Source: Eledone cirrhosa (taxonomy: Eukaryota). From it: DNA of 64,000 nt. Positions 1-13,794 of this stretch are shown here, piece by piece. The DNA is taken from positions 15,810,001 to 15,874,000 of the forward strand of contig OZ024743.1 of the NCBI GenBank assembly GCA_964016885.1. The letters run 5' to 3'. Position 1 is the stretch's first letter, and every line of letters starts with the position of its first letter. The notes beneath the pieces were generated by a model that saw only the letters and a program-made list of their open reading frames with translations, did not search any database and was not told where the DNA came from. A program made the position numbers and the translations under genes.

Positions 1-215
1 ACTACGACCTAAGTCTCTCACTGGTACTGCTAGGCTAAAGAAAGGTATACTAGGTGGGACGGAATTATAATGAGGCCCTTTTAAGAGGTATAAATAATAA
101 ACCGAGTATATCTTACGGTGACGGGTCAACAAGTGAGGGGCCAAAATACTAAAGAAACTATCACGAAATAATAAATAAAGGTTTCTACCCCAGACACAAT
201 GCCAACAATCACCCA

Positions 216-441
<226 letters not shown>

Positions 442-559
442 GTATCAAGGTAACAATCTCACAAAAGAAACATAATTCTGCTTTTCAGCCATCCATCCTG
501 GGTTAAGTTTCAGTAGTAACGTTCGTATTCAATGTAAAAAAAAAACAGAATTTTAAGTA

Positions 560-1010
560 GAAACTAAGAGCAATGAGACTACAAAAATAATGGAAAAATA
601 TAAAAATAAATATGCAAACCTTGGCATATAAACACGAACAATTAAATATAATACAGGCTGCCTGATATAAATCGAAGCAGACATAGCCGTTAAACTAGAT
701 AACACAAAAGCATAACATAGAGAGAAAGGTGCTCGAGGCTATTAAGCTGGATTCTATTAGCAACAGGGAGTACCAGTTATCTCTAGAACAGTGTGAAATA
801 GACGAGTTGGAAAGAAAGGAAGAGAATAGTCTTGGGTCAAAGTGTAGATGTAGATATCTCGGAGTGGGAAAAAGCAAAACAAGGCTTAGAAGTAATTTTG
901 CAGTATTAAATATTACAATAAATCAAATGAAGAAGCCAGGAGGTATCCAACAAAACAAATGCAAAATTCCCCTTTTAAGCAAGTCATTTTGGATTGCGTT
1001 TCGGCAGTAA
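560..1010 (+). mobile_element. Degenerate L1/Tx1-like LINE ORF2 fragment (endonuclease-RT linker)
   Basis: Translations WKNIKINMQTLAYKHE, LERKEENSLGSKCRCRYLGVG and FWIAFRQ resemble the WxxxKxxI...GxxxRxR linker of L1/Tx1 ORF2; in-frame stops present. Confidence 0.4.
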
Positions 1011-1108
1011 ATACTGAACATAGACTCAAGAATTCTGTCATAGTGACCAGCTAAAATAGATTAGTTCCTGCTTAGAAGCTAAAAGACAATGTGAATGATA
1101 TATTCATG

Positions 1109-1139
<31 letters not shown>

Positions 1140-2247
1140 GTGTGTGTTTGCGAATCAAATTAATTTGGTAGACTAACATTTTCACATATCTGTAAAACAT
1201 AAATGCACACATATAATACCTGCCTACCTACATACATACATGCATGCTAAATTCGTTTTCTCGTGAGTCATATTCCAAGCCACATCAATCCTCTGTGGAA
1301 AACTATTTTCTGTTGGCATTTGGTCTGTTTCATATACAATGTATCAGATTCTTTTATTTGTCTAGGGGTTTTGCTTTCATTGGTCAATATGATAGTTGTT
1401 TATTTGCATATCGTCTTTCAGGTCATGCCTTGATTTTGTGAAATTGTTTATCTGTATATCAAATTTGTTGGCCAATTCAGCAGACATTCCGTTTTTGCAT
1501 TGCTATTGCATATTCTCACGTTTTGCTTAACTGAATCTTATTTTGCAAGAGTTTCTTTGTTTACTTATCACTTATTTGTTTGTTTGTTTGGTGATCGTCC
1601 TCTTTATGATTGGTGATTGCATCATTTATTATATTGTTCTGTCAGTTGTTCTGTCAGTTGTTATTGTGCAAGTGATGCTTCCAAATGTATTTGTTTTATG
1701 TTTTAGTTACCCTCTGCCTATGTCGTAAATTATTATTTCATGTGTAAATTCAAATGTGTACTTGAAATGATCTATGGCAAGGGATGCATTACTATATCAG
1801 ATTTTGTAAACTATTTTCCTTTCTGTGGGTAGCTTTAGAGCTTGAACCTAATTACATCCTTGCTTACTGATTGTTGTGTTGCATACGCAACTACAGTTAG
1901 TCATCATTTTATTACAAAAAAAAAATAATTTTAGAAACCAAAAAAATATATCACAAATATAGAGATGGATATTTCTCAGTATTTATTTTTATCCCTGAGA
2001 TATAATTTGAAATCATGCGGAGTAAATGTTTTTCTAAATATTTTTCTGAGAAATATATTTTATCTTTTTCATGTGTTGATTTAGCTGATTATTCACTAAC
2101 ACAAATTTAAGGCTTATGTCAGTGTTACAATTAATATTACATCAAGATTTTACTGAGTGGTCATCTAGTACATTACATGTTGCCAGGGGTTTCCTGGTTA
2201 AATATCTTTAGAAGATTAGTCTAGATTGGTTTGTAAAATAAATTTAA

Positions 2248-2366
<119 letters not shown>

Positions 2367-3119
2367 CAGAATAAATAGTAAAAATAAAAATAAATAGTCT
2401 CTCATCTATTTTGCTTTCTCTATGAAATAATATCTGAAATTGCAAACACTTTTAGTTTAATTACCTCTATGAAGGTTATCATTCAACATCAATGTTCAGC
2501 ATCAAAGATAGAATAACAATAAGATCAAAACTCTCCATGGCAACAATTCACTATGTTCAATACACATATTTTTGCTGGAATAAACGAGAATAATACTACC
2601 CAAGAGATTAACATTCTATACTTAGCTATTTGGTTCTATGTCCATTAACAAAGAAAAATATTAACTGTTCACCAAGGCCTTCAAGTCTTTCTTCAAAATC
2701 ACACATATGCTGGAAAATAAATGGTTGGTTGCTTGCTGGTTATTGATTTTTCCCAACAAAGGTTAGAGTATCTATCTGTTATAAAATATATAAAGTGATT
2801 GCAAGCCACAGTTAGTCGCATTGATATGACCTTTAACATCCAGCTGAGCCAAAACCACAGCAGTTTCCAATATGACAGCAGTAGTGCACAGCTGAAAGAC
2901 AGTGTTCTATGGAATTGAATAAAGGTACAACTTGGCAGGAACATTGCTTTACATCAAGAAATAACAGCATCTCAGAATGTGTGAATATCTTGCTTTCAGC
3001 TTTTCTTGTTTAATTATAGATTAGTACTGAACAATCACATGTGCTCCAGCCATAAACATCACAGTTTGTTTCTCGATTATATTGTCCCATGTTTCTTCAT
3101 TTTCAATATAGCTGGTGGT

Positions 3120-3330
3120 GATTAAAACTACTTATTTGTAGCAGATTGAGCAACTATGTCCTCATTGAAGTTACTTGCATAAGTATAGTATGGAGATCAA
3201 AACCATCACTTGAGATTGTTAAATCTTCATATCAGATCTCTCTTCATGATTCATGATTGTCTGGCAATTTTAAAACTTCTTGATGCAGTCCCACATGCTT
3301 GCCTCGCTTTGAACTGAAAGCTTGTGACAT
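3120..3330 (+). mobile_element. CR1/L2-like RT relic
   Basis: FKLLDAVPHACL resembles the DFxKAFDxVPHxxL motif; heavily decayed. Confidence 0.35.
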
Positions 3331-3367
3331 ACCTTAAAACAATAGAAATTTAATCCCTGATATACTT

Positions 3368-3399
<32 letters not shown>

Positions 3400-3457
3400 T
3401 TTATATATATATATATATAATATATAAGATCAAAAGATGGTTAAAGGAGTTCCATGT

Positions 3458-3526
3458 ATTTTATTATGCGCATTTCAAAAACAAACATCATCATGTAATA
3501 ATATTTGTGTTTTCATCAGATAAAAC
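3458..3526 (-). ncRNA. Type I hammerhead ribozyme motif
   Basis: Minus strand reads GUUUUAU-CUGAUGA-aaacacaaau...guuuguuuuu-GAAA-UGCGCA-UA-AUAAAAU: intact core, 7-bp stem I, palindromic stem III, AUA cleavage triplet. Confidence 0.8.
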
Positions 3527-3695
3527 AGGAGAACATGATATGAAGGCTAAAAAACACTTGTGGATAGTGCAGTTTTAAATCAACATATGATCATTTTGAT
3601 CTTATATATTATGTATACTCCAGTCCTACAAACTGTAGAGTGCTTCTTATCCGATATCTGCATTGCTTTATTGTACTACAATAAAACTCACCTCC

Positions 3696-3754
<59 letters not shown>

Positions 3755-3761
<7 letters not shown>

Positions 3762-4123
3762 TATGTATACGTACATACATATATATATGTGTACAGACGT
3801 ACAGTAGTATGTATATACATACATGCACATATATATATATATGTACGTATGGGTTTACCGAACATTTATTATAATGTTCGGTTTGTTTGTAATAAGCTTG
3901 AAACTAGTACATCGTTCCTGTGTCAGTGTTGAACAAAAGGGCGACGATGGTTGCCGAGCACTCTACGGTGTAATTTGAGCTGTTTGTTTACAAAAAAAAC
4001 GAACATTATAATAAATGTTCGGTAAACCCATACGTACATATATACATGTGTGCATGTATGTATATATATACATACTACTGTACGTCTCTACACATATATG
4101 TATGTACGTATACATACTTATAT
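3755..4123. mobile_element. Foldback/MITE-like element with ~135-bp inverted repeats
   Basis: 3755-3892 is the near-perfect reverse complement of 3988-4123, around a ~95-bp spacer; it adjoins a (TA)n tract. Confidence 0.8.
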
Positions 4124-4608
4124 TTAGGTATCAGCCGTACTAAGAGTGAGAAAGGAAATGTCGTTTCATCTTTTCCATTTATATATATATATATATATAT
4201 GAATAAAGTGGTCTTTCAACAGTGATCTTCCAACCATCACAGGTATTCCTTCGCTTTAAAGACCATATACCTCCGGTTGGTGCGAGAAACGGCTAAAAAA
4301 AGTCGTTGGGACACGTAAATAAAGGGGACAGCGAGAGTATAAACAAACAAAGATGGTGAAGCAAGGAAAAGTGAGGAAGAACGAGTCAAGTCCCAAATTT
4401 CCATGAATATAAGTTCGGTGAAATCGTGAACGAGAGAGAATAAAGACCATCAAAACTGGTTGGAATGTGAGCAAGGAAGGAATTCTGTACAGGTCTAATG
4501 GGAGGAAGAAGGAATCTAGTCTGTGAATTCGGTGAACATAAGTTATATATATATAAATATATCACAGAAAAAATGTGAATCAGTGTTGCGACGAATGGAA
4601 TTTATTGG

Positions 4609-4703
4609 ACATATTACAATCGTTTCTCTGGTAACCAGCTCAAGGCACGTTCAATGTTATGCTCGAACCTGGCTCTGAAAATTGCAAGGTCCTCAGATAC
4701 GTA
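4609..4703 (-). ncRNA. Hammerhead ribozyme motif with extended stem II
   Basis: Minus strand reads ACGUAU-CUGAGGA...GAAA-CGAUUG-UA-AUAUGU, followed by AATAAA. The stem II closing pair is non-canonical. Confidence 0.65.
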
Positions 4704-6640
4704 TTGATTCTGCTAAGCAGATTTTCCTAATGTCTTTTTACATCGATATACTTCACCTGTCGGCTTAGATCACTTTGTTGTCATCCTATGAGTGGTCAAG
4801 AATTGTACACGTCATCGGTATTTCTAGCCACTCATGGTTGTCCACTATTTGGTCCTTTTTATTCTCCACCTGTCAATCAAATTTGTTTCTTAGATCGGAA
4901 TTACTACTGTTGTAGGTAAGGGGTTGTATGCTTGAACTGCTGGAGACCCTTCGACGTCTTAACTGTCTTTAGGCGCCCTCGTCTACACCGATCACGTACA
5001 CACCCGCAACTGTATTGTGTGCGACAATCACTGTAAATAATGCTTGGAGGGAATTTTTCAAACAAATTAGAAAAATATTAGAAAAATATTTAGCATAATG
5101 TTTGAAGAACACAGCCTCAGAATACCTTAAAACATACATATTTCAAAAAGAAAAAGAACTTTGTACAAAGAACGTTTTTAAATGATTTAAAGTTATTTCG
5201 AAGGTATTTTTGATAAATATACACATATCTACACTCAGACACTGTACTCAGGGAAGCGTATATAGTTAAGACGCTGCACATATATACACAGATGAAAAAA
5301 AGAAAGATCTACAAATAGGCATTCATACCCTCACACAGACATGTTCTTACAAATACATCCACCCAGACATGTGCACACACGTGCGCATGCATATTTGCGT
5401 GGATGCACATACATACATGTACCTCCGTATGTTCATATCGAGGGCGCATACTTGATGAAAACCCTCCCAACACACACGCGCAGCTGTGCACATGGTGCAC
5501 ATACTATTATATGGGACAATGTTCTTGAGCCTTGGACCCAACCCGACCATGTGGCGATATAAACCAGAAAGTGTATGCACAATATGCATAAATGTTATAG
5601 CCGCATAGTATCCTTGCACTCATCACATATAACTTGGGTGTGTAGTGACCTACATTCCACGGGCTCACATACATTCTCTGTGCGTGATTTGACTCAGCTC
5701 AGCCAATCAACGCCAGTAGAAGAGGATGTATCCCTACGCGCCCTGAGGGAGAAATTCCCCGCGAAGATTTAAAGAATCACTCTCTCGCACCCGAAACTTC
5801 GAACCAGCAACACGTACAACGTGTGACGGTGAGATTTTGCACTTTGGCCTGCCGGCTTTCCGGCACAATGGCACATTCCCTTTTGTAACCTCATTTTATG
5901 TGTAACTTCAACCATGCAAGTTAACAAACATTATTTGTGCTACAACAAAAATAAACATACATTTCATCTCTAATTTCTGCTGTTGACATCATTATTATGT
6001 TAATCGTGTCTCAATAACATGTATATACTATGCTGCTAAAGGTGTCACATATATATATAAAAAATGCCTGAACATACATAAAATAAAATAATATAAAATA
6101 ATATAAAATAAAATAAAATGCTGGAAAAAGGAATGTATACATGACAAGGATGCAGATGGGTCCGGACATTATTGGGGTGTGCATATATATATTTAAAAGA
6201 TATTTTTTGAAAGCAAAGCATTGGCCCCTAAAATACTACAGTGGGCTTCTGCAATGCTACCGTAGACCCTTGTAGTGCTACTGTGGCCACCCTGGGGCCC
6301 CACTTGTCATTGGGCAACCTGGCCGGTCTGCCACAGGCCAGTCTGCTACATATACCTGCATATGCACACTTGCACACACACATTTTTATAAATTTTCTTT
6401 CCTAATATTCTCACGCTACTCATACGTCTATCTGTTCTCTCCTTCTCCTGACTTTCCTGCAGAGAGACTTCTGTCCAAAACATTGAAACCCCCTCCACTT
6501 TTTCCAAGCGTGAAACTATTACATCTGTGTAATTTTGCTTCCTGTGTTTTATTTTGTTTCATTTACTAACTATATATATATATATATATATAATATATCC
6601 TTTAAAAAATCAAGTTAGTTTGTATGTTGACCACTAATAA

Positions 6641-7418
6641 TCTATATATATAAAACTGTGGTTGTCTGTCTGTCTATCGATTTTTGGCACACATCTCCTC
6701 TTAGAATCTCTCACAGAATTGCACCGAAATTGCTGTACTTGTACATTGAGCCCTAGCGAAGACATCGGAAAAAAAAATTTCAAATTGACCCACCCTATGT
6801 GACGAAATCGAATATAATGTATCGATTTTTGAGCGTAAGTTATCAGTTATTTCCCTTTGTTCTGTTTACATTGAGCGTCTTACGTAAAAAATTACGCTGG
6901 CTTTCTCAGCGTTCGAGCCAGCAAAATATTGACCTGCAAAATTCATCAAGTCGAACACTAAGCTTCCGTTTTGCTTCATTTCCATTTAAAAGCATTTTAA
7001 AACAATATTTTTACTTGAAAACAAGTCTATTTAAAGACTACGTAAAACAAGCAAATATTTCAGGCGTGCAGACAGACAGTCGTGCAGAGAGGTGATATAG
7101 GCGTGCAGACAGACATAACTGATAATTTGGTTACGCTAATGTTTCTCTGCGTTGCAGTGTTTACATTTTCGATCTTTGTTAATAAATAACCAGTGCAGTT
7201 TCTGTCCCCAGCATCCTCTTTTGTTATAACATTCGGGTTATCGTTATGTTTTCTTAACTTCATAAGGCATATTGTTGGTTGAGGGAATATTAATCAAAAA
7301 CACCACATGCAAGTCTGCACAGTAGACACTACAGTTTTTAAGCCAAGAAAGAAACTTAACATTGTAACTTTAACACAGCTACTGAGCGACCCCGAGCAAC
7401 GCCGGGCTTTACTGCTAG
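6641..7418 (+). mobile_element. Non-autonomous Helitron
   Basis: 5' TCTATATATATAAAA...GTCTGTCTGTC; 3' hairpin CCCGAGCAACGCCGGG then CTAG; inserted between A(6640) and T(7419); no TSD. Confidence 0.9.
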
Positions 7419-8161
7419 TACTAAATAAAATTGATAATAATTAAGGTTCATTGTGGGTTTTCAACTAATCTGATCTACATCAAGCTCACTATTGACTTTT
7501 CTTCCAAAAAGGGAATGAGGGGGTGTGTTGGGGGGAGAATTCACTGCTATGTCTAGCAGCAATGTACTGTCCGTCCTCGTATATATATAAATATAAAATA
7601 TCCCTCTTATTCTATCAAACTGACTATGAAAGCTTTCAGACACTATGAAGATATGAAACTAAACTGATAGCTGTTTTCCATGTTTGGTGCATAATAAATT
7701 ATTAGCTGATTCTATCATCAGTTCTGAGTTTCTTTGTGAGTAAAGTTGATTTATTGAAATGTTAAAATGCATGAATATAAGTGAAGGAAAAATAGAGAAA
7801 GCACTATTGTGTGTGTGAGTGTGAGAGACAGTGAGTGTGCCAGAGTGAATAAGAGCAAACAAAAAGAGGCCAATACAAAGAGACAGATAAAATAATGGAG
7901 AATCAGAAATAGTCTGTTACAGTTTAATGAAGACTGGTAACATTAGCAGAAGTAATGCAGACTCTAATGCGGAATGAAGTCAATGAATGTTTACGAACAA
8001 AATGTCTGTGCCCGAGTTTAAAATCACATGAGCCAGGAGACTAGTAACCTAGTAACTGTACAAATCTATACCTCTTTATCAAAAATATGATAAATATATG
8101 CATTATAAATATATATATTTGTATGTATATAGGTATGTGTGTGTGTATATATATATATATT

Positions 8162-8200
<39 letters not shown>

Positions 8201-8203
<3 letters not shown>

Positions 8204-8460
8204 GAAGGCTAGTGATTAGAGAGTTAGGTTCTTAGGTTCAATTAGGCAAATGTGAGTTCAATTCCCGAATTGGACGGTGAATTTTATCCCTGAGGAAGAA
8301 CATTTTTTCCAGTTGCTTCGGTTCACTCAGCTGGCACTAATCTGTTTTTGGCGTTTGCTTTTCCCTTCGATGATGATGGAAAACCGTTATGCATAGGCGA
8401 GTGCTAGCCTTCTGCCTCAAAGGGAATCTTTCTAGTTGCAAAACCCATGATCATTCGTCA
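8201..8460 (+). mobile_element. Degenerate tRNA-derived SINE
   Basis: A-box and B-box-like segments (GGCTAGTGATTAGAG, GAGTTCAATTCCC) and a core resembling the 51434 SINE. Confidence 0.55.
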
Positions 8461-8515
8461 CCAAACTGGTTCTTTACTTTATTTTGTATATGTATGCATG
8501 TCTATATATATATAT

Positions 8516-8577
<62 letters not shown>

Positions 8578-8640
8578 ATATATAAATCAAGAAAGAAGAG
8601 GGACACGGTTTGCTATACAAAAAAGATATTTAATCACATT

Positions 8641-8746
8641 GCTGACAATTGTTTCTCTGAACTGGTAGGTCTAGAGATCGCTACCCGCCTGTTTTCGCGT
8701 CATTCGATCACCAATACATAGTTGTAACCAGTCAATTCATCAGAGC
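8641..8746 (-). ncRNA. Hammerhead motif in inverted PLE arm
   Basis: Reverse complement of 10851-10956. Confidence 0.7.
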
Positions 8747-9569
8747 TAGCGAGAATGAAGGGAATACACAGGCATGGCTTCTATATATAGTAATGACATT
8801 CAATCAGAACAATAACAACAATACTAACAATGCTAGCAATAAGTTATTTGAAATAATCACATCAATCTAATTAAGACATAGAGTATACCTACTACTTTAG
8901 CATGTAAAACGAGCTGATATGAGGCAGATATCTGAAATTGACATGTAAAAGCTGTCATGGGGTGTATTATATATAGTGTAGAGATAAGCCGGAGCTTTAA
9001 ACAATGTACCATTTCCTTTACCGTAGGTCTGGTTACCGTAAGAATTATTTATTATCTGACAGATAAAATATTCATCATTGTAGTGAGGATAGTAATATTT
9101 GTGGTGTGAAATGGATTCAATATTTATGTGGTCTATATTGGATGAAGGGATTATTAGTTTGAATCATAGGGTTGTTTGGCTTTCACATCATCAATAACAT
9201 ACATGTTTAGGATAACATTAACAGAGTAGCAATATAATAGGTAAATTAATACAGAGGTTAAGGAGGCAATATATATATAGAGAGAGAGAAAGCATGCTGA
9301 CTACAATTATAACAACAGGAGGAAGGTGATATTTTTCTGTGGTAGTATTCTGAAAATGTACTTGGATTTAGATTCATCTGTTGAGAGTCTAGGGTGAGGA
9401 AGCAGCTGAGAAGGGATATATTTATGGGTTGATAAGATATTTGCAGACATTACTGTGGTATAGAATTAAGAAGGCTAGAATCTGCTTAATGATTATAGTT
9501 CTGTGGTGGTCCGTGTAATAGTGTGGTAATAGTTGATATTGTAGTTGGTGTTAATCTCCAGCAGTGTAG

Positions 9570-10019
9570 AAGCTGCACGGAATAACACCTCAAACTGCAA
9601 CTGTCACCTACCAGATAGGTGCCCATTGGTGAACAGATGCCTTGATTCGAGCCTAGTGTACATGTGTACGGTCAACTCGAGCACCTCCACTTGGCATTAC
9701 ATTGGATCCACTGCAGGTACTTTTTAAAAAAATGGTATGTGCACAGACACTCGATGAAGAACCGTGCGCTTATGGGTGCTACAACCCTCGCCAAAAAAAT
9801 TGGGAACTTAAGGACAATAACACCAACTACAATATCAACTGGTCGAGGTTGTCGGCTGCAAGGGCTTACAGTACCGGTATGTCCCACTGTAGGCTCTGTG
9901 ATCTTGAATTACTATATATCCTTAGGAATGAAAAAAGGCTACTCAACAACAAAATAGAAAGATCAATTTTCTACCGACACAGGATCGCCACTAAATTCAC
10001 AAGTTTTAAGCCTCCGTGA
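9570..10019 (+). pseudogene. PLE GIY-YIG endonuclease C-terminus, frameshifted
   Basis: CNC..CPL..C linker, LVY...HYIGST (GIY-YIG), CRLCDLE and LLNNKIE...YRH, spread over three frames. Confidence 0.88.
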
Positions 10020-10850
10020 ATGCAACCAACATAACTTAGCATTCAACATATGATACCCACACTATTACACGGACCACCAAAGAACTATAATCATTAAGCA
10101 GATTCTAGCCTCCTTAATTCTATACCACAGTAATGTCTGCAAATACCTTATCAACCCATAAATATATCCCTTCTCAGCTGCTGGCAACACAACTCCTCAC
10201 CCTAGACTCTCAACAAATGAACCTAAATCCAAGTACATTTTCAGAATACTACCACAGAAAAACATCACATTCCTCCTGTTGTTATAATTGTAGTCAGCAT
10301 TCTTTCTCTCTCTCTATATATATATTGCCTCCTTAACCTCTGTATTAATTTACCTATTATATTGCTACTCTGTTAATGTTATCCTATACCTGTATGTTAT
10401 TGATGATGTGAAAGCTAAACAACCCCATGATTCAAAATAACAATCCCTTCATCTAATATAGACCACATAAATATTGAATCCACTTCACACCACAAATATT
10501 ACTATCCTCACTACAATGATGAATATTTTATCTGTCAGATAATAAATAATTCTTACGGTAACCAGACCTACGGTAAAGGAAATGGTACATTGTTTAAAGC
10601 CCCGGCTTATCTCTACACTATATATAATACACCCCGTGACAGCTTTTACATGTCAATTTCATACATCTGCCTCATATCAGCTCGTTTTACATGCTAAAGT
10701 AGTAGGTATACTCTATGTCTTAATTAGATTGATGTTGTGATTATTTCAAATAATTTATTGATAGAATTGTTAGTATTGTTATTATTGTTCTGATTGAATG
10801 TCATTACTATATATAGAAGCCATGCCTGTGTATTCCCTTCATTCTCGCTA

Positions 10851-10956
10851 GCTCTGATGAATTGACTGGTTACAACTATGTATTGGTGATCGAATGACGC
10901 GAAAACAGGCGGGTAGCGATCTCTAGACCTACCAGTTCAGAGAAACAATTGTCAGC
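10851..10956 (+). ncRNA. Hammerhead motif in PLE pseudo-LTR
   Basis: GCU-CUGAUGA-(acuggu...accagu long stem II)-GAAA-CAAUUG-UC-AGC; GUC triplet; palindromic stem III as in PLE hammerheads. Confidence 0.72.
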
Positions 10957-11182
10957 AATGTGATTAAATACCTTTTTTGTATAGCAAACCGTGTCACTCT
11001 TCTTTCTTGATTTATCATTACTCCAAGTGTTAACAACATAGAAATCACCCCGTACTCGCAGCATCACTATGGAAACACCTTGTTGAGGCAAACTTAGCTA
11101 AGCGTTGATATCATCCACTACTCGGAGTACCCTAACTGGACTACACATAAGTGGACTACTTATAACAATAATCTGTTATCCC

Positions 11183-11230
<48 letters not shown>

Positions 11231-11447
11231 GTTCCTTTCTTTCTTCCTTTTCCAGCCTCACTTTCATATAGATATATTTTTGTTTTTAAAATCCAATGTC
11301 AATGAATACACCATGATTTTTTCATTTTGATGATTGAAAGCAAAATTTGTTTGCTCTCAAGAAACCACTGGTAAATGAAATAATTGCCTTATGTTGTTTA
11401 TTACATAACTATGTATATACATATATATACATATATAAATATATATA

Positions 11448-11540
<93 letters not shown>

Positions 11541-12414
11541 ATATATATAGGGGGGGGGGTAGTTAAAAAGTAAAGGTGAATAAACACAGAAGTATATTTA
11601 AACATTTTTCTTTTCTTTAATTCAGAAGAATGAATAGTTTTATATTTGTTGCATTAAATATAACCAGTGTTTTGATTGGTATAACAATGTTATCAGATAT
11701 TAAATATTAAAAAAAGTATTTTCCTTTATTCTGGAAGCTGCTTGAATATATGTGAATTCTCTTTCAAAATATCTTATATATATGTTCTTTAGGAAGGTTC
11801 AATGGTGAAGGTTGAGGAACAGTTCAACTAGACAGAATTCTATTGAATTCACATATTTAAAATAGAAAATGCTTTGACCATTCATAATAATGGTCCAGAT
11901 GGCATTTTCCATGTGTGTGATTTTTGTGTAGTATTTAGGTAGGGTTCAACTGTGTCACAATGTCAGATTTTGGAGTTAGTGAAATAAGCTGAAAAAAGTT
12001 AAGAGTGGATATTGAATTTTTCTTTTGTCTTTTATGTATATGTATGTGTGTGTGTATGGAAGCATTATGGTCTCTTTGATTAAAGTTTGCCTTACAATCA
12101 TGATTTCCCTGGTTAGATTCTTCTGCATGGCATACACGACAAGTGGCCTTTATCATACCATTGGGTTGACTGAAGCTTTGTGAATGGATAGAAACTGTGT
12201 TGAAGCTCATTGGATGAATGTGTACCAAATGTCCACCCTTGTCATATAATGTTGTACTGATTCAGTTTGAGATTTATGTTAATAATACATATCCCTTTAT
12301 ATATTCAGCCATTTTTTACATTAATGTAATAATCATTCATTTGTTTGAACAATCTTTGTAATTAACTATAGATACATCACACACGCACACATACTCTCTC
12401 TCTCTCTCTCTCTC

Positions 12415-12497
<83 letters not shown>

Positions 12498-12816
12498 TTG
12501 TGTGTGTTTGTGTCAGTGTGTATGTGTATCAATTGAAATGTATGAAAAGCGAAAGATAACACTCAATTTTGGTATTTTGAAATTGCTGTTTCTGTTTGTT
12601 TCCATAATTGTCTCAAAGTTGTTTATATTTTCGGACGTATATTTCCTAATCTCCTTCATCATCATCAAGATCATCATCATCATCGTCATAAGTGCTTCAG
12701 CTTGAACGTAATAAGTAATAAAACTGAAAATCTATTTCATGTGCAAAAGAAAATTGTGCTTGAAAAAATAAACAAAATTCTTTGTTAGCTACTAGAAACA
12801 TACTTTATTATTTATT

Positions 12817-12999
12817 GATAGGCAGTATCGGTAGAGGCTCGGACGCTATGCTTTGAGGCACAGAACTATGGCCCTTGCCATTCTGAGTTTGTATCCCACC
12901 GAGGTTAACTTTGCCTCTCATCCTTACGGGTTCGATAAAATGAAGTACTAGTAATGCACTGGGTAATTGCTGGCCTTGTGCCAAAAAGTAGAAACAATT
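12817..12999 (+). mobile_element. SINE family A (tRNA-like head)
   Basis: GGCAGTATCGGTAGAG...GAGGTTAACTTTGCC...GATAAAAT..AGTAC. Related copies at ~16590-16720, 17135-17330, 44453-44642 (-), 47650-47762, 52768-52890 (-), 52900-53112 (-) and 57190-57340 (-). Confidence 0.8.
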
Positions 13000-13794
13000 A
13001 TTTATTGATAGAATTACAAAGGTGAGAATGATAATCTTTTGCTTAATCAAATTGAAAGAACATCACTTTTCATCCATGGTTTTCATCCATCTATATTTAG
13101 GCAAAAATGATGTTAAATTTCTCTCTTAACCTTTTCAAACCGAATTTACTTTTATAATTCATGAAATATATTTGTGATGACATATTCAACAAACTTGCTG
13201 TTTAAAAGTTATATATTTTATGTGTTCTTTGATATTTTCTATTCTGTGTTTCAACAGATAAATAATTTTCTTTTTGTTTAATCTTCAAAATTGCAACTAT
13301 TGAAAGAGGAATTAAACAGTCATCATATAAAGAAGCTTAATACAGTGTACGCAGAATTGAACTTCATAAAGAATTGAACTTCATAAAGAAAATATGTATG
13401 AGAGAAAATCCTCATATGATCTAACTGCTGACAGATTATAAGAACAAACATTTTAATATTTGATGCGATTGACATACCAATAGAAAGCGATAATATTTAA
13501 CGAAACTTAAATCCATTTAATGTAGCAATTCTGTTGAGTTACAGAAAAAAACGTTTAAATATACTCTCTGTACTTTATCACTTTTACTTTTTATTTATTT
13601 GTATTAGGAAGGCTGTCCACTCATAGAAAACATGCCAAAATTCAGGTCCATATCAGCATGACATAGACCCCTGATCTGACATGTCTCATAATGCGAGGAA
13701 CTCTCTAACCCATGCAAGCATGGAAAATGGGAGTTAAACGTTGATGTTGATTGTGATGCTATATATTTATGCATATATTCACACACATAGAAAT

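Larger units (their letters stand above)
8582..11184 (+). mobile_element. 5'-truncated Penelope-like retroelement (Neptune type) with inverted pseudo-LTR
   Basis: GIY-YIG fragment at 9570-10019. Segment 8582-9526 is an inverted copy of 10057-11015. A hammerhead lies in each arm, and (TA)n flanks both sides. Confidence 0.88.

Noticed and set aside
5740-5810. CTGAGGG...CGAAAC hammerhead-like text
   Set aside because: Core does not match CUGANGA, and no stems I/III could be formed.
11935-12228. 97-aa minus-strand ORF with a donor-like site
   Set aside because: Sequence resembles a decayed SINE also seen at ~52030-52160; not a credible exon.
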